Shown piece by piece: positions 30,922-41,549 of a DNA stretch of 64,000 bases (positions are counted from its first letter, which is position 1; every line of letters starts with the position of its first letter). Position numbers and translations under genes: made by a program. Source of the DNA: Candidatus Poribacteria bacterium. GTDB lineage: Bacteria; Poribacteria; WGA-4E; PCPOR2b. The notes under the pieces are model-generated. The model saw only the letters and a program-made list of their open reading frames with translations, searched no databases and was not told the origin of the DNA. Location: contig OZ220744.1 in NCBI GenBank assembly GCA_965116925.1, positions 768,001-832,000 of the forward strand, written 5' to 3'.

Positions 30922-31764
30922 CTATTCCAGCCCCCAAATCTCCGCAGCTGTGCCGCCCAAAATGCGTTCTCGCTGCGTGTCCGTCAAGAACGGCAGGCCT
31001 TCTTGGACAAGCCGCAACTCCTGATCCAGGGTGGGCCAACTGTGTTTAACTCGGTGATGTCCCGGGTATCCTGTCCCCCACACCATCCGCTCGGCTCCAA
31101 AGGCATCTACCAGTTTCTCGATAAACGGATGCACGTCTCTATAAGGGAAATCTTGGCTAGAACGACCGGCAACATCTGATAGTTTCAAACAGATATTGTC
31201 ATACCCGGCAAGATCGACGATTGGCTGAAATTCTGATTCGTCCTCATCGACTTGAGGGTAGCCCATGTGGTCAAGGATCAATTTCAAAGAAGGATGTCGA
31301 TCTGCAATGGCTGCTACCTGATCGGCGAACTCCGCCCGGAGATGAAATTGGATAACTGCGTCTAGTGAGGCAATCTCCTCCCACATCGGTTCATTCTGAC
31401 GGGTCAATAGAATCTTTTCGTCGGGATAATACATCGGATGAAAGCGAAAGCCAGCCAGTCCCCGATCTTTTATCCAGTAGCGCACCTGTTCTGCATTGTT
31501 TGGGTCCTGTGGGTCGATCAATCCGTGCCCGATGAAGCGGTTGGGAAATCGTTCTACGGAATCTGCGATGTAGCCGTTATCCCAAGTGGACCAACTGGTT
31601 TGTACTAACACAGTCCAATCCACACCGTGTACATCCATCTCTGTCAGCAGTTCGTCGGCGGTACCCGGCTCGTCCGGATAGGAATTCCAGGTGGGCGCAG
31701 TTGGACCGACAGGATATTTGGGCGGATCAATCTCCCAAACGTGGACGTGGGTATCAACAATCAT
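30922..31764 (-). CDS. Amidohydrolase_2 family (sugar lactonase-like)
   Basis: IVDTHVHVW, ILDHMG, LKLS, WGTGYP, GGTAAEIW. Confidence 0.88.
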   Translation of the reverse strand: MIVDTHVHVWEIDPPKYPVGPTAPTWNSYPDEPGTADELLTEMDVHGVDWTVLVQTSWSTWDNGYIADSVERFPNRFIGHGLIDPQDPNNAEQVRYWIKDRGLAGFRFHPMYYPDEKILLTRQNEPMWEEIASLDAVIQFHLRAEFADQVAAIADRHPSLKLILDHMGYPQVDEDESEFQPIVDLAGYDNICLKLSDVAGRSSQDFPYRDVHPFIEKLVDAFGAERMVWGTGYPGHHRVKHSWPTLDQELRLVQEGLPFLTDTQRERILGGTAAEIWGLE

Positions 31765-31855
31765 TACACAACTCCCTTCAGTCAGGTGTTGGGTTTCACT
31801 GTATTTTAAGATTTCAAGCAGAATTAACTCCTGAAATCGAATGAGAATTCTTGGT

Positions 31856-31994
31856 TAGGACTTACGCACTTGAACGTTCAAAGCGGGCAACCACAAGGGT
31901 TGCCCCTACAGTCAGATTTTCGGTTTATAGTCGGGCAAGCTTGTCAGGACGCGCAATGAATTGCGCTACTACAAACTGAACTGCGTAACTCCTA
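31856..31994 (+). mobile_element. MITE family F (139 bp, TSD cttggt)
   Basis: taggacttacgca...tgcgtaactccta; near-identical to the 12858 copy; lies between the arms of a gttgggtt..aacccaacctac element. Confidence 0.9.
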
Positions 31995-32028
31995 CTTGGT
32001 ATCTTTCATCAGTGTTGTTCAACCCAAC

Positions 32029-32952
32029 CTACGCACTCACTCGCAATGCTGTTTCTTCCTTCATCAACGCGTCCATCATAGCATGAACCCGTGGCAAATC
32101 CGGTGCTGCCACATCTTCGGCAAAAGGAATGACCGGACCACCAGCCAATCCCACGTAATCCATGGCAGCGTGTAACGCCGAACCGCTATACCGTGCCCCA
32201 TTTTCACCTCGAAAATCCTCGAACGGCACCATCATCGCACGGAGCCGTTCCGCTTCTGTCTTATCGCCGGCTGCGAACTTTTGATGCAGCGTCAGGCTCA
32301 TTCGTGGCACGAAATTCGCCATGCCCGAACTGAAGCCCACCGCGCCGTGCGCCATATAGTCGATGCAGGGATCCTCTGCCATGCCACAGACCATCGCTGC
32401 GCGATCTCCTGCCCGCTCTACGATTCGATCAAAGGCGTCTAAATCCTCCACCGCATACTTTAGGCCGACCACCTCGTCCAGTTCACAAAGATTGATTACG
32501 TCGTCCACCGGCATGATGTCCAATCGTCGCTGATAAAGGACTGTGGGCAACTGTACTACCTTTGTAATTTCCCTGAATCCGTTGTAAACACCGTTGGCAG
32601 AGGCGGGCCCCACCACCGGCATAATCATCACGCCAGCGACGCCGAGTGATCGGGCGATGTGTCCCATCTCTAAGGCTCTCCCGAATCCTGGGCCAATGCC
32701 CGGCACAATATACGCCGCATCGCCAGCTTCGTCGAGATATGTGCCAACCACGGCTTCATACTCCTCTAACGTGGCATCGTAAACCATACCGGTGCCGCAC
32801 TCCGGCATGATGAAGTCCACACCGTGCTGGATAAGGTAACGGACGTTTTTCCGTACACCTTCCAGATCCACCTGCCGGTCCTCCCGCCGAGGCGTAATAG
32901 CAACCACCAAGACGTTCCGGCACGCTTCTCTATCCAAGCTCTGCTTACTCAT
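32029..32952 (-). CDS. DapA/NAL superfamily lyase (5-dehydro-4-deoxyglucarate dehydratase-like)
   Basis: AITP, CGTG, VLYQR, VVGLKYA (Schiff-base Lys), GFSSGMANFVP. Confidence 0.8.
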   Translation of the reverse strand: MSKQSLDREACRNVLVVAITPRREDRQVDLEGVRKNVRYLIQHGVDFIMPECGTGMVYDATLEEYEAVVGTYLDEAGDAAYIVPGIGPGFGRALEMGHIARSLGVAGVMIMPVVGPASANGVYNGFREITKVVQLPTVLYQRRLDIMPVDDVINLCELDEVVGLKYAVEDLDAFDRIVERAGDRAAMVCGMAEDPCIDYMAHGAVGFSSGMANFVPRMSLTLHQKFAAGDKTEAERLRAMMVPFEDFRGENGARYSGSALHAAMDYVGLAGGPVIPFAEDVAAPDLPRVHAMMDALMKEETALRVSA

Positions 32953-32953
32953 T

Positions 32954-33994
32954 TTACGCTCCTTCCCGATATCTCGCCAATTTCTCCTGAAATGACTTCT
33001 TCTCAAGCACCTCGCGATTCACCACATTATCTGGGATCTCGCCCCGTGATACCTGAATCGCCTTCTGACAGTTTAGCCTGCCGATGTCTCGGTAGCACTC
33101 TTCCGTCAAAGCGATGGCGTGAGGAGACACGATGACGTTATCCAATTTTAACAACGGTTCATTCGGATCCACCGGTTCTTCTTCAAACACATCAATCCCC
33201 GCGGCCCGGATACGTTTTTCCTGCAAAACTTGGGTCAACACACGCTGATCAACGATGGGACCACGGGCGGTGTTGATAAAGAATGCTGTCGGCTTCATGA
33301 GTGCAAACTCTTTTTCACCAATCAATCCGTGCGTCTCATCGGTCAACGGACAGGTGACACACACGTAATCGGATTCGCGCATCACGGTGGGCAGATCGAC
33401 CACCTCCACGTTCAGAGATTTGGCGACCTCCGGCGAAACATACGGGTCAAACGTCAGGAATCGCATACCGAACGGCTGCAGCAAGCGGAACACTTCAGTG
33501 CCAATGTTGCCAAGTCCCACCGATCCGAGGGTGCGCCCGATGAGATCGACACCGGTTTCCAAACCTTCTCGCCAAGTTCCTGCGCGTGTTGCGTGGTCAT
33601 ACGCGAAAAAGTTCTTCGAGAGCGCGAACATCAGTCCAATAATACCTTCTGCCACGGGACGGCGCACGCCGCTTGGCGCGATAGCAATCATCACATCGGC
33701 TTCGGTCGCCGCTTGGAGATCGACGTTGTCGTAACCGACTCCGTGCCGTGCTATCAGCGTCAGTCGATCCACAGCCTCAAATGTCTCGCGGGGATACTTC
33801 CCTCCAAGCGCGATGAAGGCATCTAACCCGCCTATCTCATCCGGCGGCACATACGGACGCTCGGTTGCAATAAATGTGTATTCAATGTGTGGTTCATTGT
33901 CTAAGAGATCTAAACCGACATCCTTGAATCGAACTTTGCCGTCCTCTCCAAGGAAACCGGGGGTCAATCCGACACGGAATTTTTCCTGCGCCAT
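32954..33994 (-). CDS. D-2-hydroxyacid dehydrogenase
   Basis: RHGVGYDNVD, GLGNIG, INTARGPIVD, DVFEEEP, SPH. Confidence 0.92.
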   Translation of the reverse strand: MAQEKFRVGLTPGFLGEDGKVRFKDVGLDLLDNEPHIEYTFIATERPYVPPDEIGGLDAFIALGGKYPRETFEAVDRLTLIARHGVGYDNVDLQAATEADVMIAIAPSGVRRPVAEGIIGLMFALSKNFFAYDHATRAGTWREGLETGVDLIGRTLGSVGLGNIGTEVFRLLQPFGMRFLTFDPYVSPEVAKSLNVEVVDLPTVMRESDYVCVTCPLTDETHGLIGEKEFALMKPTAFFINTARGPIVDQRVLTQVLQEKRIRAAGIDVFEEEPVDPNEPLLKLDNVIVSPHAIALTEECYRDIGRLNCQKAIQVSRGEIPDNVVNREVLEKKSFQEKLARYREGA

Positions 33995-34253
33995 AAAGTT
34001 CTCTCTTTCTATTTAGGGTAAGCGTATGTAACCAATGGTACGAGTTTACAATTGTTGATACGCTCTCTGGTCAAAGACCGAGAGTGAAACGTGATGCGTG
34101 AAACGTGAAGACTGGAAAACGGGATGAAATTAACCACCGAGACGCAAAAAACGCAGAGAAAACATGTGTTCATTTATTCATTAATGAACCGGTGGATCGA
34201 AAAAAACTCTGTGCCTCTGCGGTTTCTAATTGTCTCGTTCTCTTGTTTTTTCA

Positions 34254-34637
34254 TCATTTCCATATCCCGTAGGCGAGTGCATGACCCAGCCATGCAGCAC
34301 CCAAGCCGAGCACCACATGCACAGCGACGTTGGCGAGGGCAGCAGCACTATCGCCAGACTGCCAGAGGTTCATGGTTTCATAGCTAAACGTCGAAAACGT
34401 TGTGAATCCGCCTAACAGTCCCATAAAAACAAATAAGCGAATCTCTGGGCTTAAAAATCCGCGCGTCCCAACCCATTGCGAAAGGAATCCGATGCCTAGG
34501 CAACCGATCAGATTGACTGCCAATGTTCCGTAGGGAAATCCGGTGCCTTTCACCAGATATTGGACATACTCGCTTAAGAGGTATCGCCCGATTGAGCCAA
34601 GGAAGCCTCCGAATCCGACCCAGAGTATTTTCCCCAC
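34254..34637 (-). CDS. crcB: Fluoride channel Fluc/CrcB
   Basis: GGFLGSIGRY, FPYGTLAVNLIG, GLLGGFTTFSTFSYE. Confidence 0.95.
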   Translation of the reverse strand: MGKILWVGFGGFLGSIGRYLLSEYVQYLVKGTGFPYGTLAVNLIGCLGIGFLSQWVGTRGFLSPEIRLFVFMGLLGGFTTFSTFSYETMNLWQSGDSAAALANVAVHVVLGLGAAWLGHALAYGIWK

Positions 34638-34673
34638 GCTGATGAACTCCCTTCTTCCCCTGTAGGTTGGAGT

Positions 34674-35993
<1,320 letters not shown>

Positions 35994-36002
35994 TTATTAC
36001 GC

Positions 36003-36791
36003 TTATTCACCCCAAAGTTCACTATTATCAGTCAGAATCTCCGGACCGTCAGAAAGAATAACAACGGTATGCTCGAAAAGCGCGGAGAGGCTGCGATCCG
36101 TAGTAACGGCAGTCCAGCCATCATCAAGTATACGCGCTTCGGAGTTACCCACGTTGACCATCGCCTCAATGGCAAGTGTCATACCTGTCATCAATCGTAC
36201 ACCCCTACCCGCGTCCCCATAAGTGGGAACTTGAGGCTCTTCGTGAAGCTGCCGCCCAATCCCGTGCCCGGAGAAATCCCGAACCACAGCGAATCCGTGC
36301 GATTCGGCACCGTCTTGCAGTGCAAAACAGACATCACCCAATCGGTTGCCGACCTTTGCAGCCTCAATGGCACGATAGAGGGAGGCTCTTGTGGCATCAA
36401 GCAGCTTTTGGGCTTCGGGTGCGATTGCCCCAACGGGAAAGGTGAAAGCGTTATCGCCGTGATAGCCGTCCAAAAAGATTGCCGTATCAATCCCAACGAT
36501 ATCTCCCTCATTGAGCAATACATCCTTGCTTGGAATACCGTGAACAATCTGCTCGTTGAGTGACACACAGATTGTCGCCGGGTAAGGGGCATGTCCCGGA
36601 AACTGATAGCCGAGAAATGATGAGATTCCACCCAACTCTTTGATGGTTTGACGTGAGATCTGATCTAATTCGTAGGTCGAAACGCCGGGTTTCACTGCCT
36701 CTCCGATTCGCTGCAATATGGTTGATGCAGCTTTACCGCTGCGTCTCATCGCTTCGATTTCGGATCGGGATTTGATTCTAACTTTTGTCAT
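36003..36791 (-). CDS. map: Methionine aminopeptidase type I
   Basis: SLNEQIVHGIP, DGYHGD, GHGIGRQLHEEP, FEHTV. Confidence 0.97.
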   Translation of the reverse strand: MTKVRIKSRSEIEAMRRSGKAASTILQRIGEAVKPGVSTYELDQISRQTIKELGGISSFLGYQFPGHAPYPATICVSLNEQIVHGIPSKDVLLNEGDIVGIDTAIFLDGYHGDNAFTFPVGAIAPEAQKLLDATRASLYRAIEAAKVGNRLGDVCFALQDGAESHGFAVVRDFSGHGIGRQLHEEPQVPTYGDAGRGVRLMTGMTLAIEAMVNVGNSEARILDDGWTAVTTDRSLSALFEHTVVILSDGPEILTDNSELWGE

Positions 36792-36830
36792 GGTTCGTGA
36801 TTCGTGATTCGTGATGTGTAAAGAAGCCCT

Positions 36831-37556
36831 TTACGTATTACGGATTATTTTTGTATCACTAATAATTTTTATGAGAGCGGATTGGGCGGTGTCTGCTGCG
36901 CCCGGAATGTCCCACCGGTCGAGTTGGCGATCTTCGACCAGATTGCTGATGCCACGTACCTCCAAGAATGGAACGTCGTATAATGTACAAATATGGGCGG
37001 CGGCGGCACCTTCCATGTTTTCACATAGCGCATTGAAGCGAGCGTGGAGGGCATCCCCGACCGCTTGAACACCGCTGCATTGCGAAACGGTTACAAATGG
37101 GCCGCACGTCCCTCCGCAAATCTCAATAGCGGTTGAAACGAGTTGCGAATCCAACGGGAAACGATTGAAGTGAGGTGGGTCGCCGTGTACCAAGGGGATG
37201 CCGATTTCGTCCGCCGGTTTCCAACCTTCAGGTGTCACCACGCCGACATCACCGTAAACCTCCTCCGTCGCTAGCACAACAGATCGGATTGGCAAACCGG
37301 TCGGCACATAAGCTCCGCCGATTCCAAATTGGATGACTAAGTCGGGCAGTTGTTCCTCAAGTTGACATGTCAGCGCGTGTGCTGCGTTGACAGAGCCGAT
37401 ACCGGTGTGAATCAGTGTGCATCGCCAGCCACATAAATTTCCGACGATCGCCGTTTTGCCGGCGTGTTGGGTGGTTTTGGCTTCTGCAAGAGCACTTTGA
37501 ATAGCACCGGATTCAAGCTCTGTTGCACTAATCAGTAGTAGATTCGGCTGAGCCAT
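36831..37556 (-). CDS. mqnB: Futalosine hydrolase
   Basis: TGIGSVNAA, GIGGAY, EEVYGDVG, ENMEGAAAAH, EVRGISNLVEDR..WDI. Confidence 0.85.
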   Translation of the reverse strand: MAQPNLLLISATELESGAIQSALAEAKTTQHAGKTAIVGNLCGWRCTLIHTGIGSVNAAHALTCQLEEQLPDLVIQFGIGGAYVPTGLPIRSVVLATEEVYGDVGVVTPEGWKPADEIGIPLVHGDPPHFNRFPLDSQLVSTAIEICGGTCGPFVTVSQCSGVQAVGDALHARFNALCENMEGAAAAHICTLYDVPFLEVRGISNLVEDRQLDRWDIPGAADTAQSALIKIISDTKIIRNT

Positions 37557-37591
37557 CTAGTTCATCCTCAATAACATAATCCGTTACAATT

Positions 37592-37851
37592 TATAGTAGA
37601 TTTCAGAATTAATGAGACACGCCAAACCGGTGATGACTCACTCTTACTATACAGATTGCGCTCCGCTGGAGCGCGGGGATTGGACATGTCGCCTTCTATA
37701 GACATATCGCTCCTCTGGAGCGAAAGTCATTTATAGTAGATTTCAGAATTATAGTAGATTTTAGAATTAATGGAACACGCCAAATCGGTGCGGTTACAAA
37801 CCGCACCTACCGGGTGGCGCAAGTGTTTCTTTATTTTTTGAATTCACTATA
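37592..37851 (+). mobile_element. MITE family E cluster (left ends at 37592, 37732, 37750; right end at 37851)
   Basis: Complete copy 37750-37851 carries ggtgcggttacaaaccgcacctac. Confidence 0.8.
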
Positions 37852-37854
37852 TTT

Positions 37855-39255
37855 CTATGGCGCAGGGAACATCGATCCAATCAACGTATGCGCTGTCACA
37901 GACTCGACTTTCACACGCACGAGATCACCGACTTGTGAACTCTCCTTCGGAAACACGGTTGTTTTGAAACCATCGGTCTTTCCTTGGTATCTGTCCGGAT
38001 CCCGCCGCGATTCGCCTTCGACCAAAACTTCTACGGTTTCACCGATCAGTCCCCGATTGATTTCGTGGGAGATACCCTCTTGTAACGCAATAATCTCCTG
38101 CAAACGGTGTCCTTTTTCCTCCTCGCTCACATCGTCGTCAAGCGTTTTGTGAGCAAGTGTTCCCTCGCGGGACGAATACTTGAACATGAACGCCGAGTCA
38201 TATCGAATTTCAGCCATCATATTGTACGTTTCCATAAAGTCAACCTCTGTTTCTCCGCAGAAACCGACAATCACATCTGTTGAGATTGAAAGATTCGGGA
38301 TGCGCTCCCGCATTTTGGCGACAAGCTCTCGGTATTCCTCCGCTGTGTACGTGCGCCGCATCGCTTTCAGTACCTTCGTTGAACCGGATTGCAACGGCAG
38401 ATGGATATAGTTGCAGACGTTATCGCAGCTCGCCATCGCTTCGATTAGGGCATCGGTCGCATCGCTTGGATGTGGCGAAGTAAAGCGTATCCGCTCGATT
38501 CCTTCAACTTCACTCATCGCAAATAGAAGCTCTCCAAAATTGTGTGTCCCATCGTTATACGAGTTCACTGTCTGACCGAGGAGGACGACCTCTTTGAAGC
38601 CTTCATCGACAAGCCGTTTCACATCATCAATCAGTAGGTGCGTCGGAATACTTCGCTCGCGTCCACGGACAAATGGCACGATGCAGAAGGTACACATCTT
38701 GTCGCATCCACGTTGGATGGTCAGCCACGCCCGGATGCCATCCTTCCTAATGGGAGCGATGTCCGCATAATCCTCATCTCTGTCTAGCTTCAAGCCGAGG
38801 AACGGGTCACCTGTCGTCACGGAATTGATTGCCATCGGTAGATTCCGGTAGGCATCGGGTCCCAATACGAAATCCACATACGGTGCGGCATCGATCAGCT
38901 TTGTCTTCATGTGTTGTGCCATGCAACCACACACACCGAGCACCAGATCCGATTGTCTCCGTTTTCGATGATGCAGATGGACAAGACGATTGAGCACCTT
39001 CTCTTCGGCATTTTCGCGGATGGCGCAGGTGTTGAGAAGCACAACGTTGGCATCTTCGAGTCGATTCACCATTTCGTAGCCATTTTGGGTCAAGATGCCC
39101 GACATCAACTCGCTGTCACTCACATTCATCTGGCAGCCGTAGGTTTCGATATAGACCCGTCGATCACCCTGTGCTTGTTGGGTGATATGAGGTTCCAACG
39201 TTGGGGCTGCTTTGTATAATGGTAATTGTGTTTTGGTTGGAATTTTCGGATTCAT
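37855..39255 (-). CDS. miaB: tRNA-2-methylthio-N6-dimethylallyladenosine synthase
   Basis: TYGCQMNVSDSE, NTCAIRENAE, GCDKMCTFCIVP, FTSPHP, TRAM domain. Confidence 0.96.
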   Translation of the reverse strand: MNPKIPTKTQLPLYKAAPTLEPHITQQAQGDRRVYIETYGCQMNVSDSELMSGILTQNGYEMVNRLEDANVVLLNTCAIRENAEEKVLNRLVHLHHRKRRQSDLVLGVCGCMAQHMKTKLIDAAPYVDFVLGPDAYRNLPMAINSVTTGDPFLGLKLDRDEDYADIAPIRKDGIRAWLTIQRGCDKMCTFCIVPFVRGRERSIPTHLLIDDVKRLVDEGFKEVVLLGQTVNSYNDGTHNFGELLFAMSEVEGIERIRFTSPHPSDATDALIEAMASCDNVCNYIHLPLQSGSTKVLKAMRRTYTAEEYRELVAKMRERIPNLSISTDVIVGFCGETEVDFMETYNMMAEIRYDSAFMFKYSSREGTLAHKTLDDDVSEEEKGHRLQEIIALQEGISHEINRGLIGETVEVLVEGESRRDPDRYQGKTDGFKTTVFPKESSQVGDLVRVKVESVTAHTLIGSMFPAP

Positions 39256-39313
39256 TGTCTTTTCAACCTTTGTTGAATTATTCTTTCGTCGTTCAAAATC
39301 TTTGAGGACAGGA

Positions 39314-40138
39314 TTATGAAAACCAGAGGTTCATCGCAGTTTCGCCCAAAATAGCAGCCTTTTCCGAATCGGATAACCCCAAATGTTCCTGAAAAATTGC
39401 GAGATGCTGTTGGTACGTTACCTTCGGAATCCAGAGCGATGTCGGGAAATCGCTGCCCCATATACATCTTTCTGGTGTGTAAGCGTCGATGACCTGCCTG
39501 ACTCCATCGGACATATCGCCGCAGGGAAATTCTTCGTCAGATCCGGTGACAAGAAATGAGAGTTTAGCGTATAGATTCTCGAATTCTGCAAGTCCCAGGA
39601 CGGTTCTAAGATTGTCAGAATCGGGGAAATCACCGGCACTCAGATTGGCGCAGTGATCTAGAACAACGGGAACGTCCGGATACGCTTTAAGCAAATTTGC
39701 CAATGAACGACAGTTGGGCGTATTAAGTAAGGCACAGAGCACCACGTCTAACCGCTGTGCTGCTTCCCATAGCCGCCGATGTTCCGGGAGGACAGCATCA
39801 TCCGTGGGCCAGCTGGCGGAAACCCGATTGCCGCGGACACCTATTGTGAGTGCTTCCTCCATTAGACTGACCGATCCATCGTCAAAGGGATCGAGGTTCA
39901 AAACGCCGGTTGTCCATTCTTGATTGTCCCGCACGGTATCCATCGTGAGTCGGTTATCGTGTTGGTACACAGTGAAGGTTTGGACAACGACAACGCGATC
40001 GATATTGTTCGTCTTAACCTCATTTTTCAGATCTGCTATTGTCCCCCGACCGGACGGTGGCAGAAAGGGTTCAGGGCTTTGCGGGTACGTTTCGGTATCT
40101 TCGGAATAGATATGTGCGTGTGTATCAACGATAGCCAT
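39314..40138 (-). CDS. Amidohydrolase_2 family protein
   Basis: IVDTHAHIY, VVLDHC, AKLS, WGSDFP, ILGETA. Confidence 0.88.
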   Translation of the reverse strand: MAIVDTHAHIYSEDTETYPQSPEPFLPPSGRGTIADLKNEVKTNNIDRVVVVQTFTVYQHDNRLTMDTVRDNQEWTTGVLNLDPFDDGSVSLMEEALTIGVRGNRVSASWPTDDAVLPEHRRLWEAAQRLDVVLCALLNTPNCRSLANLLKAYPDVPVVLDHCANLSAGDFPDSDNLRTVLGLAEFENLYAKLSFLVTGSDEEFPCGDMSDGVRQVIDAYTPERCIWGSDFPTSLWIPKVTYQQHLAIFQEHLGLSDSEKAAILGETAMNLWFS

Positions 40139-40240
40139 TAATACTCTCCTTAACGTAAAACGTGAAACGTGATGCGTGAAATATCAAACGTGGGTTCAAG
40201 GGGTGAGTCACTCCGAGAGTGAAATGAATGAATACATTCG

Positions 40241-41506
40241 TTATTTTTGAGCATCTATTTCTTCTCTTCCATCATCACGCATCTCTATATTTTGGTACTG
40301 TTTTGTCAAGTTCAACACGATCCCAGACCAGAGGATTGCCATTATCATTGCGGTTATAGAATATGCTGCCCCCGGAATTGCCATAGCAAAGCCGATCACG
40401 GTAATTACGCCGGCACTGCCGCCTTTAGCAAATCGGTAACCGAAGGAGTCGATGACCTGTTTCGCTCGATAGCGGGCATCAAACGACAAAGGGATATAGA
40501 GAATCTCTTTCGCAGCTCGGAAAAGTGAGTAGTCCAATGCCTTGAAAAGCAAGAATGCGGTCGCACCGCTCCGTAGGGAAGGTGCTATCGTCAGGGCTGC
40601 ACCGGCAATCAGATGAACCAGCGGAATACCCGGATGCAAAACACGAATCGGTATAAATCGTAACACAACCCCCGCACAGAGTTGCAAAACAAAGGCGGAG
40701 ATGCCAAGCCACTGCCCATAAAATCGCCCATAGAAGGCGGTTCGCATATCTTTGTCAGGGATGTCGGTTTCGACTAATCCATTAAATCGTAGGTCTAGCA
40801 CCGTCGAAACAACTTGTGTTGTTAAGATGAGCAGAAACAGGAAAACGAGATAACGGGAACGTGCAAGTACCTTCAATCCTGTGTGTCCCTGTTGTCCCCC
40901 GTGCTCCATGGATGCGGGTTGCGGTTCACCGGCGGCAGCATAAGCGAACATCGCGAACAGTGCAGCGGGCAGCAATGAACCTGCGGCAAATAGCAGCAAC
41001 ACCTCAGTACCCAAAGATGGAGCGAGATGTGCAACAAGCGAGCCGCCGGTAACTGAGCCGATTGTCGCAATTGCACAGAAGGGACCGTTGATCCAACGCG
41101 CCTGTTTAGGGGTTAATGTACTATTGACAAGCGACCAATACTGTTCGATAATCAATACGATGTATGCTTCACGGAAAACGTAAATCACCGCTGTCGCAAT
41201 AGGGTAACCCATCAGAATGAAGTTGTAGCAGCTTGCAATCAGTCCCGCCGACAAAATTGATGTCAACAATAACGCCCGTTTTGCGCCCAGCCATGACAAT
41301 AGCCTGCCGTAGAGATAGAGCAGCAAGAAGACACTCGGCGGCACCGCTACCATCACGCGAGGCAAATTTCTAGCGCCGTACGCCTCAATGAACAAGGAAG
41401 TTGATACCGCCCGAATAAACTCGTACCCACACAGTAAAAAGCTGCCTGCCACGGCAATCGAAAGTGCTGCGAGAAGTGTTCGCTTGGGGAAAGTCTGTGT
41501 TATCAC
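40241..41506 (-). CDS. NTT/TLC (Npt1-like) nucleotide transporter family MFS protein
   Basis: About 11-12 TM segments; QYWSLVN; KALDYSLFRAAKEILYIPLS..RYRAKQVIDSFGYRFAK. Confidence 0.75.
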   Translation of the reverse strand: MITQTFPKRTLLAALSIAVAGSFLLCGYEFIRAVSTSLFIEAYGARNLPRVMVAVPPSVFLLLYLYGRLLSWLGAKRALLLTSILSAGLIASCYNFILMGYPIATAVIYVFREAYIVLIIEQYWSLVNSTLTPKQARWINGPFCAIATIGSVTGGSLVAHLAPSLGTEVLLLFAAGSLLPAALFAMFAYAAAGEPQPASMEHGGQQGHTGLKVLARSRYLVFLFLLILTTQVVSTVLDLRFNGLVETDIPDKDMRTAFYGRFYGQWLGISAFVLQLCAGVVLRFIPIRVLHPGIPLVHLIAGAALTIAPSLRSGATAFLLFKALDYSLFRAAKEILYIPLSFDARYRAKQVIDSFGYRFAKGGSAGVITVIGFAMAIPGAAYSITAMIMAILWSGIVLNLTKQYQNIEMRDDGREEIDAQK

Positions 41507-41549
41507 TATGTCAACTCCAAATTTTTCCGCGATGAGTTCCTGCTATAGT

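Noticed and set aside
34638..34673. Fluoride riboswitch before crcB
   Set aside because: The gctgatgaactcc resemblance is on the wrong strand and the 5' helix is missing
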